Source: Myxococcota bacterium
GTDB taxonomy: Bacteria > Myxococcota_A > UBA9160 > UBA6930
Length of the DNA stretch: 64,000 bases
NCBI GenBank assembly: GCA_965223415.1
Contig: OZ245002.1
Location: 4,608,001-4,672,000 of the forward strand
Direction of reading: 5' to 3'
Made by a program: the position numbers and the translations under genes. The notes beneath the pieces are model-generated. The model had not been told where the DNA came from. It searched no databases and worked only from the letters and a program-made list of their open reading frames with translations. Shown here piece by piece: positions 19,341-30,791 of the stretch. Every line of letters begins with the position of its first letter. Position 1 is the stretch's first letter.

Positions 19341-20561
19341 ATGAGCGGGGCAGCGCGGTCCGGCCGTGTGCTGCTGGTGGTCGCCGGCGGCATCGCGGCC
19401 TACAAGATGCCGGAGCTGGTGCGCCAGCTGCGACGGGCGGGGCACACCGTGCGATGCGTGCTGAGCGAGGCGGCGGCCGCGTTCGTCTCGCCGCTGGTCC
19501 TCCAGACCCTCTCGGGGGCGCCAGTGCGAAGCGCGCTCTTCGACCCGGGGGAGGAGGGCGAGATCTCCCACATCGAGCTGGCAGACTGGGCGGACCTGGT
19601 GGTCGTCGCCCCAGCGACGGCGAATCGCCTGGCCAAGCTGGCCCAGGGCCTGGCCGACGACCTGGCTTCGACCCTGCTGCTCGCGACCCGCGCGCCGGTT
19701 CTCGTCGCCCCGGCCATGAACGTGAACATGTGGTCCCACCCGGCCACCCGGGCGAACGCCGCGCTCCTGCGGGAGCGCGGCGTGCACTTCGAGGGCCCGG
19801 AGGCCGGCGAGCTGGCCTGTGGCTGGGAAGGGGAGGGCCGCATGGCCGAGCCCGCCGCCATCGCCGGACACGCGGAGCTCCTGCTCGGCGGCGACGGCTG
19901 GCGCGGCGTGCGGGTGCTGGTGAGCGCTGGTGGCACCCGCGAGCCGATCGACGCGGTCCGTTCCATCACCAACCGTTCCAGCGGCAAAATGGGCTTCGCC
20001 CTGGCCGCCGAAGCCGCGCGCCGGGGGGCCGAGGTGTCGCTGGTGGCCGGCCCCTGCGCGCTCGCGACACCGCCCGGCGTGCGTCGCATCGACGTGGAGA
20101 CGGCCCTCGAGATGGCCGCCGCCGTCGACCGCGAGTTCGACGCCTGCCAGGTGGCGATCATGGCCGCTGCCGTGGCGGACTTCCGGCCCGAGGCGCCGTC
20201 CGCCCGCAAGATCAAGAAGGAGGCCCTGGCGCCCGGGGCGGGGCTGCGGATCGGGCTGGTTCCGAACCCCGACATCCTGGCGGGGATCAGCGCTCGGCGC
20301 GGCGAGCGGGTGGTGGTGGGCTTCGCCGCCGAGAGCCACGACGTGGCCGACGCGGCCCGCCGCAAGCTCGAGCGCAAGGGCTGCGATCTGCTCGTCGCCA
20401 ACGACATCTCCCGCAGCGACGCCGGCTTCGACACGGACACGAACGCCGTCACACTGGTTTCCCCGGGCGGCGAGCTGGACGAGCTGCCGCTCCTGCCCAA
20501 GGCCGAGGTGGCAGCGCGCATCCTCGACCGGGTCGAGAAGCTGCGCGGGAGAGGCGCGTGA
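19341..20561 (+). CDS. coaBC: Phosphopantothenoylcysteine decarboxylase/ligase
   Basis: GGIAAYK, HIELA, APAMN, GGTREPID.VR.ITNRSSGKMG, AAVADF, GFAAE. Confidence 0.96.
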   Translation: MSGAARSGRVLLVVAGGIAAYKMPELVRQLRRAGHTVRCVLSEAAAAFVSPLVLQTLSGAPVRSALFDPGEEGEISHIELADWADLVVVAPATANRLAKLAQGLADDLASTLLLATRAPVLVAPAMNVNMWSHPATRANAALLRERGVHFEGPEAGELACGWEGEGRMAEPAAIAGHAELLLGGDGWRGVRVLVSAGGTREPIDAVRSITNRSSGKMGFALAAEAARRGAEVSLVAGPCALATPPGVRRIDVETALEMAAAVDREFDACQVAIMAAAVADFRPEAPSARKIKKEALAPGAGLRIGLVPNPDILAGISARRGERVVVGFAAESHDVADAARRKLERKGCDLLVANDISRSDAGFDTDTNAVTLVSPGGELDELPLLPKAEVAARILDRVEKLRGRGA

Positions 20562-20592
20562 GCCTGTGCATCGCCCCCTTCGGGAGCCGCTC

Positions 20593-21960
20593 GTGAGCCG
20601 TCGTCGCCGGGCGCGCATCGCGCTCTGGTCGCTCTGCCTGCTGCCCTGGCTCGGCCTGGGCGGGCTCGCGGGAGCCGACGAGCCCGCCCGGCGGGACTCG
20701 GGCCCGATCACCGTGGTGCGCATCGACGGCTCGATCAACCCGGCCAGCAGCGACCACCTGCAGCGCGCCATCGCCCAGAGCGAGGAGCTCGGCGCCCGGG
20801 CGCTGCTCCTCGAGCTTGACACGCCCGGCGGCCTGGTCACCTCCACCCAGGACATCATCCAGGCGATGCTGCGCTCGAAGGTGCCCATCATCGTCTTCGT
20901 CTCGCCCCAGGGCGCGTGGGCCGGCTCGGCCGGCACCTTCATCACCATCGCCGGTCACGTAGCGGCGATGGCGCCGGGCTCCACCATCGGCGCCGCCCAC
21001 CCGGTGGGCGTCGGTCCCGGCAGCGGCAGCCCCGAGAGCGAGGAGGGCAAGAGCGAGGACCACGCGGCCGCCAAGGCGGAGAACATGCTGACCGCCTTCA
21101 TCAAGGCGATCGCCGAGGAACGCGACCGCAACGTCGAGTGGGCCCAGGAGGCGGTCCGCGACTCCGTCGCCATCACCGCCGACCGGGCCGTCGAGCTGAA
21201 CGTGGTGGACTTGGTGGCGGACGACCGCGCCGACCTGTTCGAGAAGCTCGAGGGTCGGGAGATCCGGCTGGGCAACCAGTCCGTCGTCCTGTCCCTCGCG
21301 GGGGCCACGACCCAGGAGCTGCAGATGCCGCTCCTCACCCGCATCCTCGACGTGCTGGCCAGCCCGGACGTGGCGATCCTGCTCTTCATGGCCGGCGTGC
21401 TGGGCCTCTACGTGGAAATGAACCAGCCCGGCCTGATCGTGCCCGGGGTGGCCGGCGCCATCTGCCTGGTGCTGGCGCTGATCGCCTTCCAGATCCTGCC
21501 GTTCTCGTGGGCCGGCGTCCTGCTGATGCTGGTCGGCCTCGGCCTGATGGTGGCCGAGGCCTTCGTCGCGTCCTTCGGCCTGCTCTTCATCGCCGGGGCG
21601 GCCTGCATGCTGCTCGGCGGCTCGATGCTCTTCGACCGCCCGGAGCTCTCGGACCTGAACGTCTCGTTCTGGCCCGTGCTGGTGCCCGCCGTCGCCGGCA
21701 TGGCTGGGTTCGGCGCCCTGGTGGTGTGGGCCGTCGGGCGCTCGATGGGCCGCAAGCAGGAGTCGGGGACCTACGAGCTGGTCGGCATGGAGGGCGTGGC
21801 CCGCACCGCCATCGACCCGTCCGGTACGGTATTCATTCGCGGGGAGTACTGGAACGCCCGCGCCGACGAGCCGATCCCCGCCGATGCCCCGGTGGTGGCC
21901 GAGCGCGTCGACGGATTGATCCTGGTCGTCCGGCCCGCCGGGGCCCAGGACGCCGGGTAG
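20593..21960 (+). CDS. nfeD: NfeD long form (ClpP-class serine protease, TM, OB fold)
   Basis: LDTPGG, AGSAG, AMAPGSTIGAAHPV, RN.EWA, GEYWNA. Confidence 0.9.
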   Translation: MSRRRRARIALWSLCLLPWLGLGGLAGADEPARRDSGPITVVRIDGSINPASSDHLQRAIAQSEELGARALLLELDTPGGLVTSTQDIIQAMLRSKVPIIVFVSPQGAWAGSAGTFITIAGHVAAMAPGSTIGAAHPVGVGPGSGSPESEEGKSEDHAAAKAENMLTAFIKAIAEERDRNVEWAQEAVRDSVAITADRAVELNVVDLVADDRADLFEKLEGREIRLGNQSVVLSLAGATTQELQMPLLTRILDVLASPDVAILLFMAGVLGLYVEMNQPGLIVPGVAGAICLVLALIAFQILPFSWAGVLLMLVGLGLMVAEAFVASFGLLFIAGAACMLLGGSMLFDRPELSDLNVSFWPVLVPAVAGMAGFGALVVWAVGRSMGRKQESGTYELVGMEGVARTAIDPSGTVFIRGEYWNARADEPIPADAPVVAERVDGLILVVRPAGAQDAG

Positions 21961-22011
21961 CAGAGCAGCGAGCAGCAGCGCCGGGCGCGTTCCGGCCTTC
22001 GGGAGGGGAGC

Positions 22012-22794
22012 ATGGCACTTTCACCGCTGATCATCCTGGTCGGCATCGTCGCGTTCATCGGCGTCGCCGGCGTGCGCATCCTCCAGGAGTACGAGCGCGG
22101 CGTCATCTTCCGCTTCGGCCGCTACGCCGGGGTGAAGGAAGCGGGCATCCGCTGGATCATCCCCATGGTCGATCGCCTCGTGCGGGTGAGCCTGCGGGAG
22201 ATCGTGATGGACGTGCCGCCCCAGGAGGTGATCACCCGGGACAACGTCTCCGTGAAGGTCAACGCGGTGATCTACTTCCGCGTGCTGCACCCGGAGAAGG
22301 CGGTCATCCAGGTGGAGAACTACCTCTACGGCACCTCCCAGCTCTCCCAGACCACCCTGCGGAGCGTCTGCGGCCAGGCGGAGCTGGACCAGCTCCTGGC
22401 CGAGCGCGAGAACATCAACCGCCAGCTCCAGGAGATCATCGACCTCCAGACCGAGCCCTGGGGCGTGAAGGTGCGCGCCGTGGAGCTGAAGCAGATCGAC
22501 CTGCCGAGCGACATGCAGCGGGCCATGGCCAAGCAGGCCGAGGCCGAGCGCGAGAAGCGCTCGAAGATCATCCACGCCGAGGGCGAGGCCCAGGCCGCCG
22601 AGCGTCTGCAGGAGGCGGCCCGCGTGCTGTCCGCCGAGCCGGCGTCCCTGCAGCTCCGCTACCTGCAGACCCTCTCTGAGATCGCTACCGAGCACAGCTC
22701 GTCGATCGTCTTCCCCATCCCGATCGACATCCTGAAGCCCTTCTACGAGATGCAGGCCGTCGGCGGCGACGGCTCCGGCGAGGGGAACGGCTAG
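22012..22794 (+). CDS. Stomatin/slipin SPFH protein
   Basis: [51 protein letters not shown]. Confidence 0.93.
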   Translation: MALSPLIILVGIVAFIGVAGVRILQEYERGVIFRFGRYAGVKEAGIRWIIPMVDRLVRVSLREIVMDVPPQEVITRDNVSVKVNAVIYFRVLHPEKAVIQVENYLYGTSQLSQTTLRSVCGQAELDQLLAERENINRQLQEIIDLQTEPWGVKVRAVELKQIDLPSDMQRAMAKQAEAEREKRSKIIHAEGEAQAAERLQEAARVLSAEPASLQLRYLQTLSEIATEHSSSIVFPIPIDILKPFYEMQAVGGDGSGEGNG

Positions 22795-23742
22795 ATGGCG
22801 AAGGGAGATGCGCCGGAGGAACGAGGGGCCGGACGTCTGATCCGGCGCTCCCTCACCCTCGTGATGCTGCTCGTCGGTCTCGGGGTCTGGGTGGCCTACA
22901 CCGGCACGTTTCAGCTCGCGCCGGGCGAAGAGGCGGTGATCCTGAGGCTCGGGGCCTTCCATCGGACGGTCACGTCCGAAGGCCTCGGTTTCCACCTGCC
23001 CGCGCCGATCGAGACCCACGACAAGGTCGAGACGGGCAAGATCCGCCGCGCCGAGTTCGGCGACGTCGACAAGCCGCTCGAGACCAAGGCCGAGACCGTC
23101 ATCCAGACCGGGGACAACGCCATCGTTCACCTGGAGTCGGTGGTTCGCTACCGGGTCGCCGACCCACGCCTCGCCCTCTATCGGGTCCGGGACGTCGAGG
23201 CGATGGTGCGGGACGCGGCCCAGGCCGCCATGCGTGAGGTGGTGGCGCGGAACAAGATCGATGGGGTGCTTTCCGAAGCCAAGTTCGCGGTGGAGGGGGA
23301 CGCGGCTGCCCTGCTGACGGAGCTGCTGACCCGGTACGAGACCGGCATCGAGGTCACCCAGGTCGAGCTCCAGGAGGTGCAGCCGCCGACCGAGGTGCGC
23401 GGCGCCTTCGACGACGTCGTGGCGGCCAACCAGGACAAGAACCGCCAGGAGAACGAGGCACGCGCCCACGCCAACGAGGTGCTTCCGCGCGCCCAGGCGA
23501 CGGCGGCGGAGCTCGTCGAGTCTGCCGAGGCCTACAAGCAGAGCCGCATCGCGGAGGCCGAGGGCGAGAACGCTCGCTTCCGCTCTCTGCTCGTCGAGTA
23601 CCGCAAGGCGCCCGAGATCACGCGGAAGCGGCTCTACCTGGAGACCATGGAAGCGGTGCTCTCGAAGTCCGAGAAGATCATCGTCGAGCCCGGTGCCGTC
23701 GTGCCCTACTTGCCCTTGGACCGGCTGGAGAAGGGGCGCTGA
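22795..23742 (+). CDS. hflK: FtsH protease modulator HflK
   Basis: TGDNAIV, VQPP.EV..AFDDV, AN.VLP.A, PEITRKRLYLETME. Confidence 0.9.
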   Translation: MAKGDAPEERGAGRLIRRSLTLVMLLVGLGVWVAYTGTFQLAPGEEAVILRLGAFHRTVTSEGLGFHLPAPIETHDKVETGKIRRAEFGDVDKPLETKAETVIQTGDNAIVHLESVVRYRVADPRLALYRVRDVEAMVRDAAQAAMREVVARNKIDGVLSEAKFAVEGDAAALLTELLTRYETGIEVTQVELQEVQPPTEVRGAFDDVVAANQDKNRQENEARAHANEVLPRAQATAAELVESAEAYKQSRIAEAEGENARFRSLLVEYRKAPEITRKRLYLETMEAVLSKSEKIIVEPGAVVPYLPLDRLEKGR

Positions 23743-24701
23743 TGAGACGGATCCTCCTACTTCTGTTCGTCGTTGCGCCGTTCGTGACGAGCTTCTTCGG
23801 ATTCGGGCCGCTGGTCCTGAACCGCGAAGGCGAGCAGAAGATCGCACTTCGCTTCGGTGATCCACGAGCCGTGATCACCGAGCCCGGCATCTCCCTCACC
23901 GAGCCAGTGACCGAGATCCGAACCTTCGACCGTCGCTGGCTCCATCTGAGCTCCGGGCCCGAGCCCAAGCCGATCCAGACCCGGGACCAGGAGCCGTTGG
24001 TGGTCGACAACTTCGCGATCTGGCGTATCAGCGACCCGCTCCAGTTCCACAAGAGCTTTCCCCAGGGCATCGAGGAAGCAGAACGCCAGCTCAACCAGGT
24101 GGTGAAGGGGCGGGTGCGCGAGGTGATCGGCCAGCTTCAGCTGGGCCAGGTGCTGGCCCGCGAGGTGCCGGAGATCGATCTCTCGGCGGCTCGCGAGATG
24201 GCTTGTCTTCCGACGCGCACGGACATCGACGGCAACGAGCTGCCCCTCAGCCTGACCGACGTGATCACCGCCCGCAGCTGCCAGGCGCTGGAGGGAACCG
24301 GTATCGAGCTGGCCGAGGTGCGGATCAACCGGACCGAGATCCCGGCGGGCGATCCCGAGGCCAAGGTGTACGACCGCATGCGCTCCGAGCGCCAGGAGCT
24401 GGCGAAGAAGTACCGCGCCGAGGGCGAGGAGCAGGCCCGCAAGATCCGCGCCGCGGCCGATCGCGACGCCGAGATCACGATCGAGCGCTCCCGGGCCGAC
24501 GCCACCCGCATCCGCGGCGAGGGCGATGCCGGGGCCGCAGGCGTCTACGCCGAGGCCTTCTCCGAGGATCCTGAGTTCTACGACTTCGTCCGCAGCCTCG
24601 AGGCCTACCGGAAGACCCTGGGCGAGGGCACCACGATGGTGCTGCCGCCGGATCACCCGTTCCTCGAGTTCCTCCAGTCCGGCGGCTCGGTGCGGCGCTG
24701 A
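23742..24701 (+). CDS. hflC: FtsH protease modulator HflC
   Basis: WRISDP, VYDRM.SER, RAEG.E, IRGEGDA, DPEFY.FVRSLEAY. Confidence 0.9.
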   Translation: MRRILLLLFVVAPFVTSFFGFGPLVLNREGEQKIALRFGDPRAVITEPGISLTEPVTEIRTFDRRWLHLSSGPEPKPIQTRDQEPLVVDNFAIWRISDPLQFHKSFPQGIEEAERQLNQVVKGRVREVIGQLQLGQVLAREVPEIDLSAAREMACLPTRTDIDGNELPLSLTDVITARSCQALEGTGIELAEVRINRTEIPAGDPEAKVYDRMRSERQELAKKYRAEGEEQARKIRAAADRDAEITIERSRADATRIRGEGDAGAAGVYAEAFSEDPEFYDFVRSLEAYRKTLGEGTTMVLPPDHPFLEFLQSGGSVRR

Positions 24702-24716
24702 GCGGGCCGGGTCTCG

Positions 24717-25796
24717 CTACTGCGGGACCCGGGACAGGCGCCAGCTCCCCAGCGCGAAGAACACGATCAGCGTGAGCCAGGGGGCCAGGGCGGCGGAGAA
24801 CTCCCCCCGCGCGCCGAAGCTGGCGCCGTACTCCCGCACCAGCAGGAAGACGAAGAGCAGGCCCACCCCCTGGAGGGCGGGCAGGGCGAGGCTGCGGGTC
24901 TGCTCCACCGCCAGGCCGAGGGGGATGGCCAGCAGGGCGAAGAGGATCACCAGGAAGGGGACGGTGAGCCGACTGTGGAGGAGTGCGCGGGCGCGCCCCG
25001 GATTGCCCCCGTGGTTGAGCACCGCGGATACGTACTCGGCGAGGGTACCGAGGGGAAGGACGACCAGCTCCGCCTGTTGGAGGTGGGGCGGGCGGTCCTC
25101 GCCGAGCTCGAGCACGATGTCCGACGCCCGCTCGGTGACGGGCGGACGCTTCGCGTCCACCGGGTCGAAGGTGCGCACGGTTGCCCCGCGGAAGCGCCAC
25201 TCGTTGGGGGCGAGGCGGGCGGCTTCGCGGGCGTGGATCAGGCGGACGAGGCGGCCCGCCTCGTCGCGCTCGAAGACCCGCACGTCGCGCACCGTTTCGC
25301 CCTGGGGCCGTGGATCGCGGATGTTGTAGATGAAGCGGCCCGTGTGGTACCAGATCGTGCCCGAGCGCAGGGTCACTTCACCCACGGAAGACCCGCTGTT
25401 CGAGTTCAGGGCCCGCGCGGCGCGCAGGGCCACGGTTTCGTTCAGCACCAGGGCCAGGAGCGCGATGACCGCCGAGAGGGCGAAGATCGGCAGCAGGGCG
25501 CGCAGCGGTGACACCCCTCCGGCCTTCACGGCCACGATCTCGCGGTTCCGGGCCGCCTGCCCTACGGCGACGAAGGTGGCGGTGAAGGTGGCGACCGGGA
25601 TCAGGTAGGGAAGGTAAGTGGCCGCCGAGCGCTGCAGGAGCAGGCCGATCGCGCCGAGAACCGTCTCTTCGGCCTCGATCACGTCGCCGAGATTCAAGAG
25701 CATGTCGACGACGAGCAGAACGAGCGCGAGAATCAGCAGCGATCCGACGAAGGCCGTCAGGAAGCGCACAGCGAGATAGCGCCAGAGCGTGGGCAT
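24717..25796 (-). CDS. LptF/LptG-family LPS export permease
   Basis: TLWRYL, EIVAVKAGGVS, 3+3 TM with a periplasmic beta region, AALAPW. Confidence 0.85.
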   Translation of the reverse strand: MPTLWRYLAVRFLTAFVGSLLILALVLLVVDMLLNLGDVIEAEETVLGAIGLLLQRSAATYLPYLIPVATFTATFVAVGQAARNREIVAVKAGGVSPLRALLPIFALSAVIALLALVLNETVALRAARALNSNSGSSVGEVTLRSGTIWYHTGRFIYNIRDPRPQGETVRDVRVFERDEAGRLVRLIHAREAARLAPNEWRFRGATVRTFDPVDAKRPPVTERASDIVLELGEDRPPHLQQAELVVLPLGTLAEYVSAVLNHGGNPGRARALLHSRLTVPFLVILFALLAIPLGLAVEQTRSLALPALQGVGLLFVFLLVREYGASFGARGEFSAALAPWLTLIVFFALGSWRLSRVPQ

Positions 25797-25816
25797 CGGG
25801 CGCGGGAGTCTAGCGA

Positions 25817-26767
25817 TTGCGGGTGGTTCGAGGGAGTGAGGCGCTCGGCGAGCCTCTGGCGGGCTCGGTCCTGACTCCCGGCAACTTCGACGGCCTCCAC
25901 GTGGGCCACCGGGCGATCATGGACACGGTGATCTCCCGGGCCCGGGCGCTCGGCGGCGCGGCGGTGGTCTACACCTTCGATCCCCACCCCCGGAAGGTGC
26001 TCCACCCGGCCCGGGCACCCCGGCTGCTCACCACCCTGGAGCAGAAGCTGGAGCTGCTGGAGGCGCAGGGGGTCGACGTGGCGATCGTCGAGCCCTTCAC
26101 CCGGGAGTTCGCGCGCCTGCCGGCCGAGCGCTTCGCGCGGGAGGTCCTCCACGAGCGGGTCCGGCCCCGGGAGGTCTACGTCGGCTACGACTTCCACTAC
26201 GGCCGGGACCGGGAAGGGTCGATGCGCACCCTGACGGAGCTGGGTCCCCATCTGGGCTTCGCCGTGACCATCATCCCGGAGGTCACGGTGGGGGAGCGGG
26301 ACGTCAACTCCACACGGATCCGGATGCTGTTGGAGGAGGGCAAGGTGGAGGAAGTGGGGCTCCTGCTGGATCGGCCCTACACCGTGCGCGGACGCGTGGC
26401 GGTCGGCGACCGGCGCGGGCGCAGCCTGGGCTTTCCCACCCTGAACCTCGATCCCGAGAGCGAGATCCTGCCCGCCGCCGGCGTGTACGCCGGCCGCGTG
26501 CGCTTCCTGGACGAGGGAGAGCCCGGCTCGGGCAGCTCCTGGCCCGCGGTCACGAACGTGGGCCGCCGGCCCACCTTCAAGGCGGACGATCCGGTGCTCG
26601 CCGAGGCCCACCTGCTCGATTTCGAGGGCGACGTCTACGGCCGGCGCATCGACATGGGCTTCGAGCACTTTCTGCGGCCCGAGCAGAAGTTCGCCGACGT
26701 GGAGGCGTTGAAGGCTCAGATCCGCCGGGACGCGGACGCCGCGCGGGAACGCCTGGAATCCGCATGA
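25817..26767 (+). CDS. ribF: Riboflavin kinase/FAD synthetase
   Basis: GNFDGLHVGH, TFDPHP, NSTRIR, GRSLGFPT.N, EAHLLDF. Confidence 0.96.
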   Translation: MRVVRGSEALGEPLAGSVLTPGNFDGLHVGHRAIMDTVISRARALGGAAVVYTFDPHPRKVLHPARAPRLLTTLEQKLELLEAQGVDVAIVEPFTREFARLPAERFAREVLHERVRPREVYVGYDFHYGRDREGSMRTLTELGPHLGFAVTIIPEVTVGERDVNSTRIRMLLEEGKVEEVGLLLDRPYTVRGRVAVGDRRGRSLGFPTLNLDPESEILPAAGVYAGRVRFLDEGEPGSGSSWPAVTNVGRRPTFKADDPVLAEAHLLDFEGDVYGRRIDMGFEHFLRPEQKFADVEALKAQIRRDADAARERLESA

Positions 26768-27849
26768 GCCAGGCCGCCTCCACCCGCGGTGCCGTTCGGC
26801 GCTGGGCCGATCCCCGCCTCTGGATCGGCCTGGTGATCACCGTGGTGGCGCTCGCTTTCGCCTTCCGCGACGTCGACTTCGCCGAGCTCGGCCGCCAGAT
26901 GGCCAGGGCGGACATGGCCTGGCTGCTGCTGCCGTCGGCGGCCGGCTACGTGCTCTGCGTGTGGAGCCGGGCCCTGCGTTGGCGGCACCTGCTGCGCGCC
27001 TTCGGGGCCATCGAGACCGGGCCGCTCTTCCGGGCCACGGCGGTCGGCTACATGGCCAACAACCTCTTCCCCTTCCGCCTCGGCGAGCTCGCGCGCTCCT
27101 GGTTCCTCGCGCGGGAGACCGGTACCTCCGGCGCCGCCGTCTTCGGCACCGTGATCGTCGAGCGGGTGATCGACGCGGTGGTCGTGCTGGCCCTGGCCGC
27201 CCTCGTGATCGGGAGCCAGGGCGCCCAGGCCACCGGCCTGGATGCTCGGCAGGCCCTCGTGGCCCTGTCGATCGTGGCCTCGGTCCCGCTGGTCGGGGTG
27301 GTGGCCCTGCGTCAGGCCCCGGACTTCTTCATCGGCCTGGTCCGCTGGGGGCTGGGCTGGGCCCCCCAGGGCCTGGTCGACCGGATCAGCCTGACCCTCG
27401 ACCAGATCGCCCAGGGGCTGCGCGGGATCCGGGATGGCCGGGACCTCTTCTGGGTCCTCTTCCACACGCTGACTTTCTGGCTGATCATCAACCTCGTTCC
27501 CTACTACGCGGCCCTCCGCTCCCTGGGGGTCGACCTCGGGGGCTTCCTGGCCGATCTCCACGGCGGGCTCTCGCTGATGGTGTGGGTGGGGGCAGCCGTG
27601 GCGCTGCCTTCCGCCCCGGGCTTCGCCGGGACCTACCACGCCGCCTGCCGGGCGGCCCTGGTCCCGCTCGGGGTGTCCGAGGAGGTGGCCCTGGCCCTCG
27701 GAACCCTGGCCCACATCGTCTTCTGGGTCACCCTGACCGCCCTCGGCCTGTCGGTGCTCCGCGTTCGCGGCACCCGGCTGGACGAGACCCTGGCCGGCGC
27801 CGAGGCCGAGGCCGGCGAGGCTCCCAGCCCGAGCGGGGCTCCGGAGTAA
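26764..27849 (+). CDS. Lysylphosphatidylglycerol-synthase-like TM (flippase-like) protein
   Basis: RALRW, GYMANNLFPFRLGE, VERV.D, PSAPG..G.Y. Confidence 0.85.
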   Translation: MSQAASTRGAVRRWADPRLWIGLVITVVALAFAFRDVDFAELGRQMARADMAWLLLPSAAGYVLCVWSRALRWRHLLRAFGAIETGPLFRATAVGYMANNLFPFRLGELARSWFLARETGTSGAAVFGTVIVERVIDAVVVLALAALVIGSQGAQATGLDARQALVALSIVASVPLVGVVALRQAPDFFIGLVRWGLGWAPQGLVDRISLTLDQIAQGLRGIRDGRDLFWVLFHTLTFWLIINLVPYYAALRSLGVDLGGFLADLHGGLSLMVWVGAAVALPSAPGFAGTYHAACRAALVPLGVSEEVALALGTLAHIVFWVTLTALGLSVLRVRGTRLDETLAGAEAEAGEAPSPSGAPE

Positions 27850-27874
27850 AGATCCCTCCGGGTCCCGCCGATAA
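27847..27874 (+). promoter_or_regulatory. sigma28 (FliA)-like promoter upstream of pilB
   Basis: TAAA-N16-GCCGATAA. Confidence 0.7.
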
Positions 27875-27966
27875 CCGGGCGGGTTCGCAGGGGTTTCCCA
27901 GGTGCGCAGGGGGCGGGGCAAGTCCGCGCCGGCACTGGGAATCGCGAAGCCGACGGGAGAACCGGG

Positions 27967-29667
<1,701 letters not shown>

Positions 29668-29675
29668 GAGCCACC

Positions 29676-30776
29676 ATGGCGAACCTGCACCAGCTGCTCA
29701 AGGCGATGATCGAGAAGGGGGGGAGTGACCTCCACGTCACCACCAGCTCGCCGCCCCAGCTGCGGATCGACGGCAAGCTGCATCCGCTCAAGATGCCGCC
29801 GCTCGCGCCGCCGGAGACCAAGCAGCTCTGCTATTCGATCCTCACCGACAGCCAGAAGCACAAGTTCGAGGAGAGCAACGAGCTCGATCTCTCGTTCGGC
29901 GTGCGCGGGCTCTCGCGCTTCCGTGCCAACATCTTCATGCAGCGCGGCGCGGTGGCCGGGGCCTTCCGGGCCATCCCCTACAAGATCAAGACCTTCGAGG
30001 ACCTCGGCCTGCCGAAGGTCGTGGCCGACCTGGCCCAGAAGCCGCGCGGCCTGATCCTGGTGACGGGCCCGACGGGCTCCGGCAAGTCCACCACGCTCGC
30101 CACGATCCTCGACAAGATCAACGCCGAGCGCAACGAGCACATCGTCACGATCGAGGACCCGATCGAGTACCTGCACCCCCACAAGGGCTGCCTGGTGAAC
30201 CAGCGCGAGGTGGGGGCCGACACGGGCTCCTTCACGACCGCGCTGAAGTACATCCTGCGTCAGGACCCGGACGTGGTGCTGATCGGCGAGATGCGCGACC
30301 TCGAGACGATCGAGGCGGCGCTCACCGTGGCGGAGACGGGCCACCTCGCATTCGCGACCCTGCATACCAACTCCTGCGTGCAGACGATCAACCGGATCGT
30401 CGACGTCTTCCCGCCCTACCAGCAAGCGCAGGTGCGGGCGCAGCTCTCTTTCGTGCTCGAGGGCGTGATCAGCCAAACGCTGATCCCCCGCGCCAACGGC
30501 CCGGGCCGCGCTCTCGGCATGGAGATCATGGTGCCGAACTCCGCCATCCGGAACCTGATGCGCGAGGACAAGATCCACCAGATCTACTCGCAGATGCAGA
30601 TCGGCCAGGACAAGTTCGGCATGCAGACCATGAATCAGTCGCTGGCTTCGCTGCACCAGCGACGGATGATCTCGCTCGAGGACGCGCTGGGTCGCAGCAG
30701 TGATACCGACGAGCTGCGCCAGATCATGGCGAACGGCGGAGCGCCCGCGGGGCGCCGCGCCGGCTCGGCAGCTTAG
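29676..30776 (+). CDS. pilT: Type IV pilus retraction ATPase
   Basis: SDLH, GPTGSGKSTT, IEDPIE, AETGHL, AIRNLMRE. Confidence 0.97.
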   Translation: MANLHQLLKAMIEKGGSDLHVTTSSPPQLRIDGKLHPLKMPPLAPPETKQLCYSILTDSQKHKFEESNELDLSFGVRGLSRFRANIFMQRGAVAGAFRAIPYKIKTFEDLGLPKVVADLAQKPRGLILVTGPTGSGKSTTLATILDKINAERNEHIVTIEDPIEYLHPHKGCLVNQREVGADTGSFTTALKYILRQDPDVVLIGEMRDLETIEAALTVAETGHLAFATLHTNSCVQTINRIVDVFPPYQQAQVRAQLSFVLEGVISQTLIPRANGPGRALGMEIMVPNSAIRNLMREDKIHQIYSQMQIGQDKFGMQTMNQSLASLHQRRMISLEDALGRSSDTDELRQIMANGGAPAGRRAGSAA

Positions 30777-30791
30777 GCAAGGGGGTCTCCG

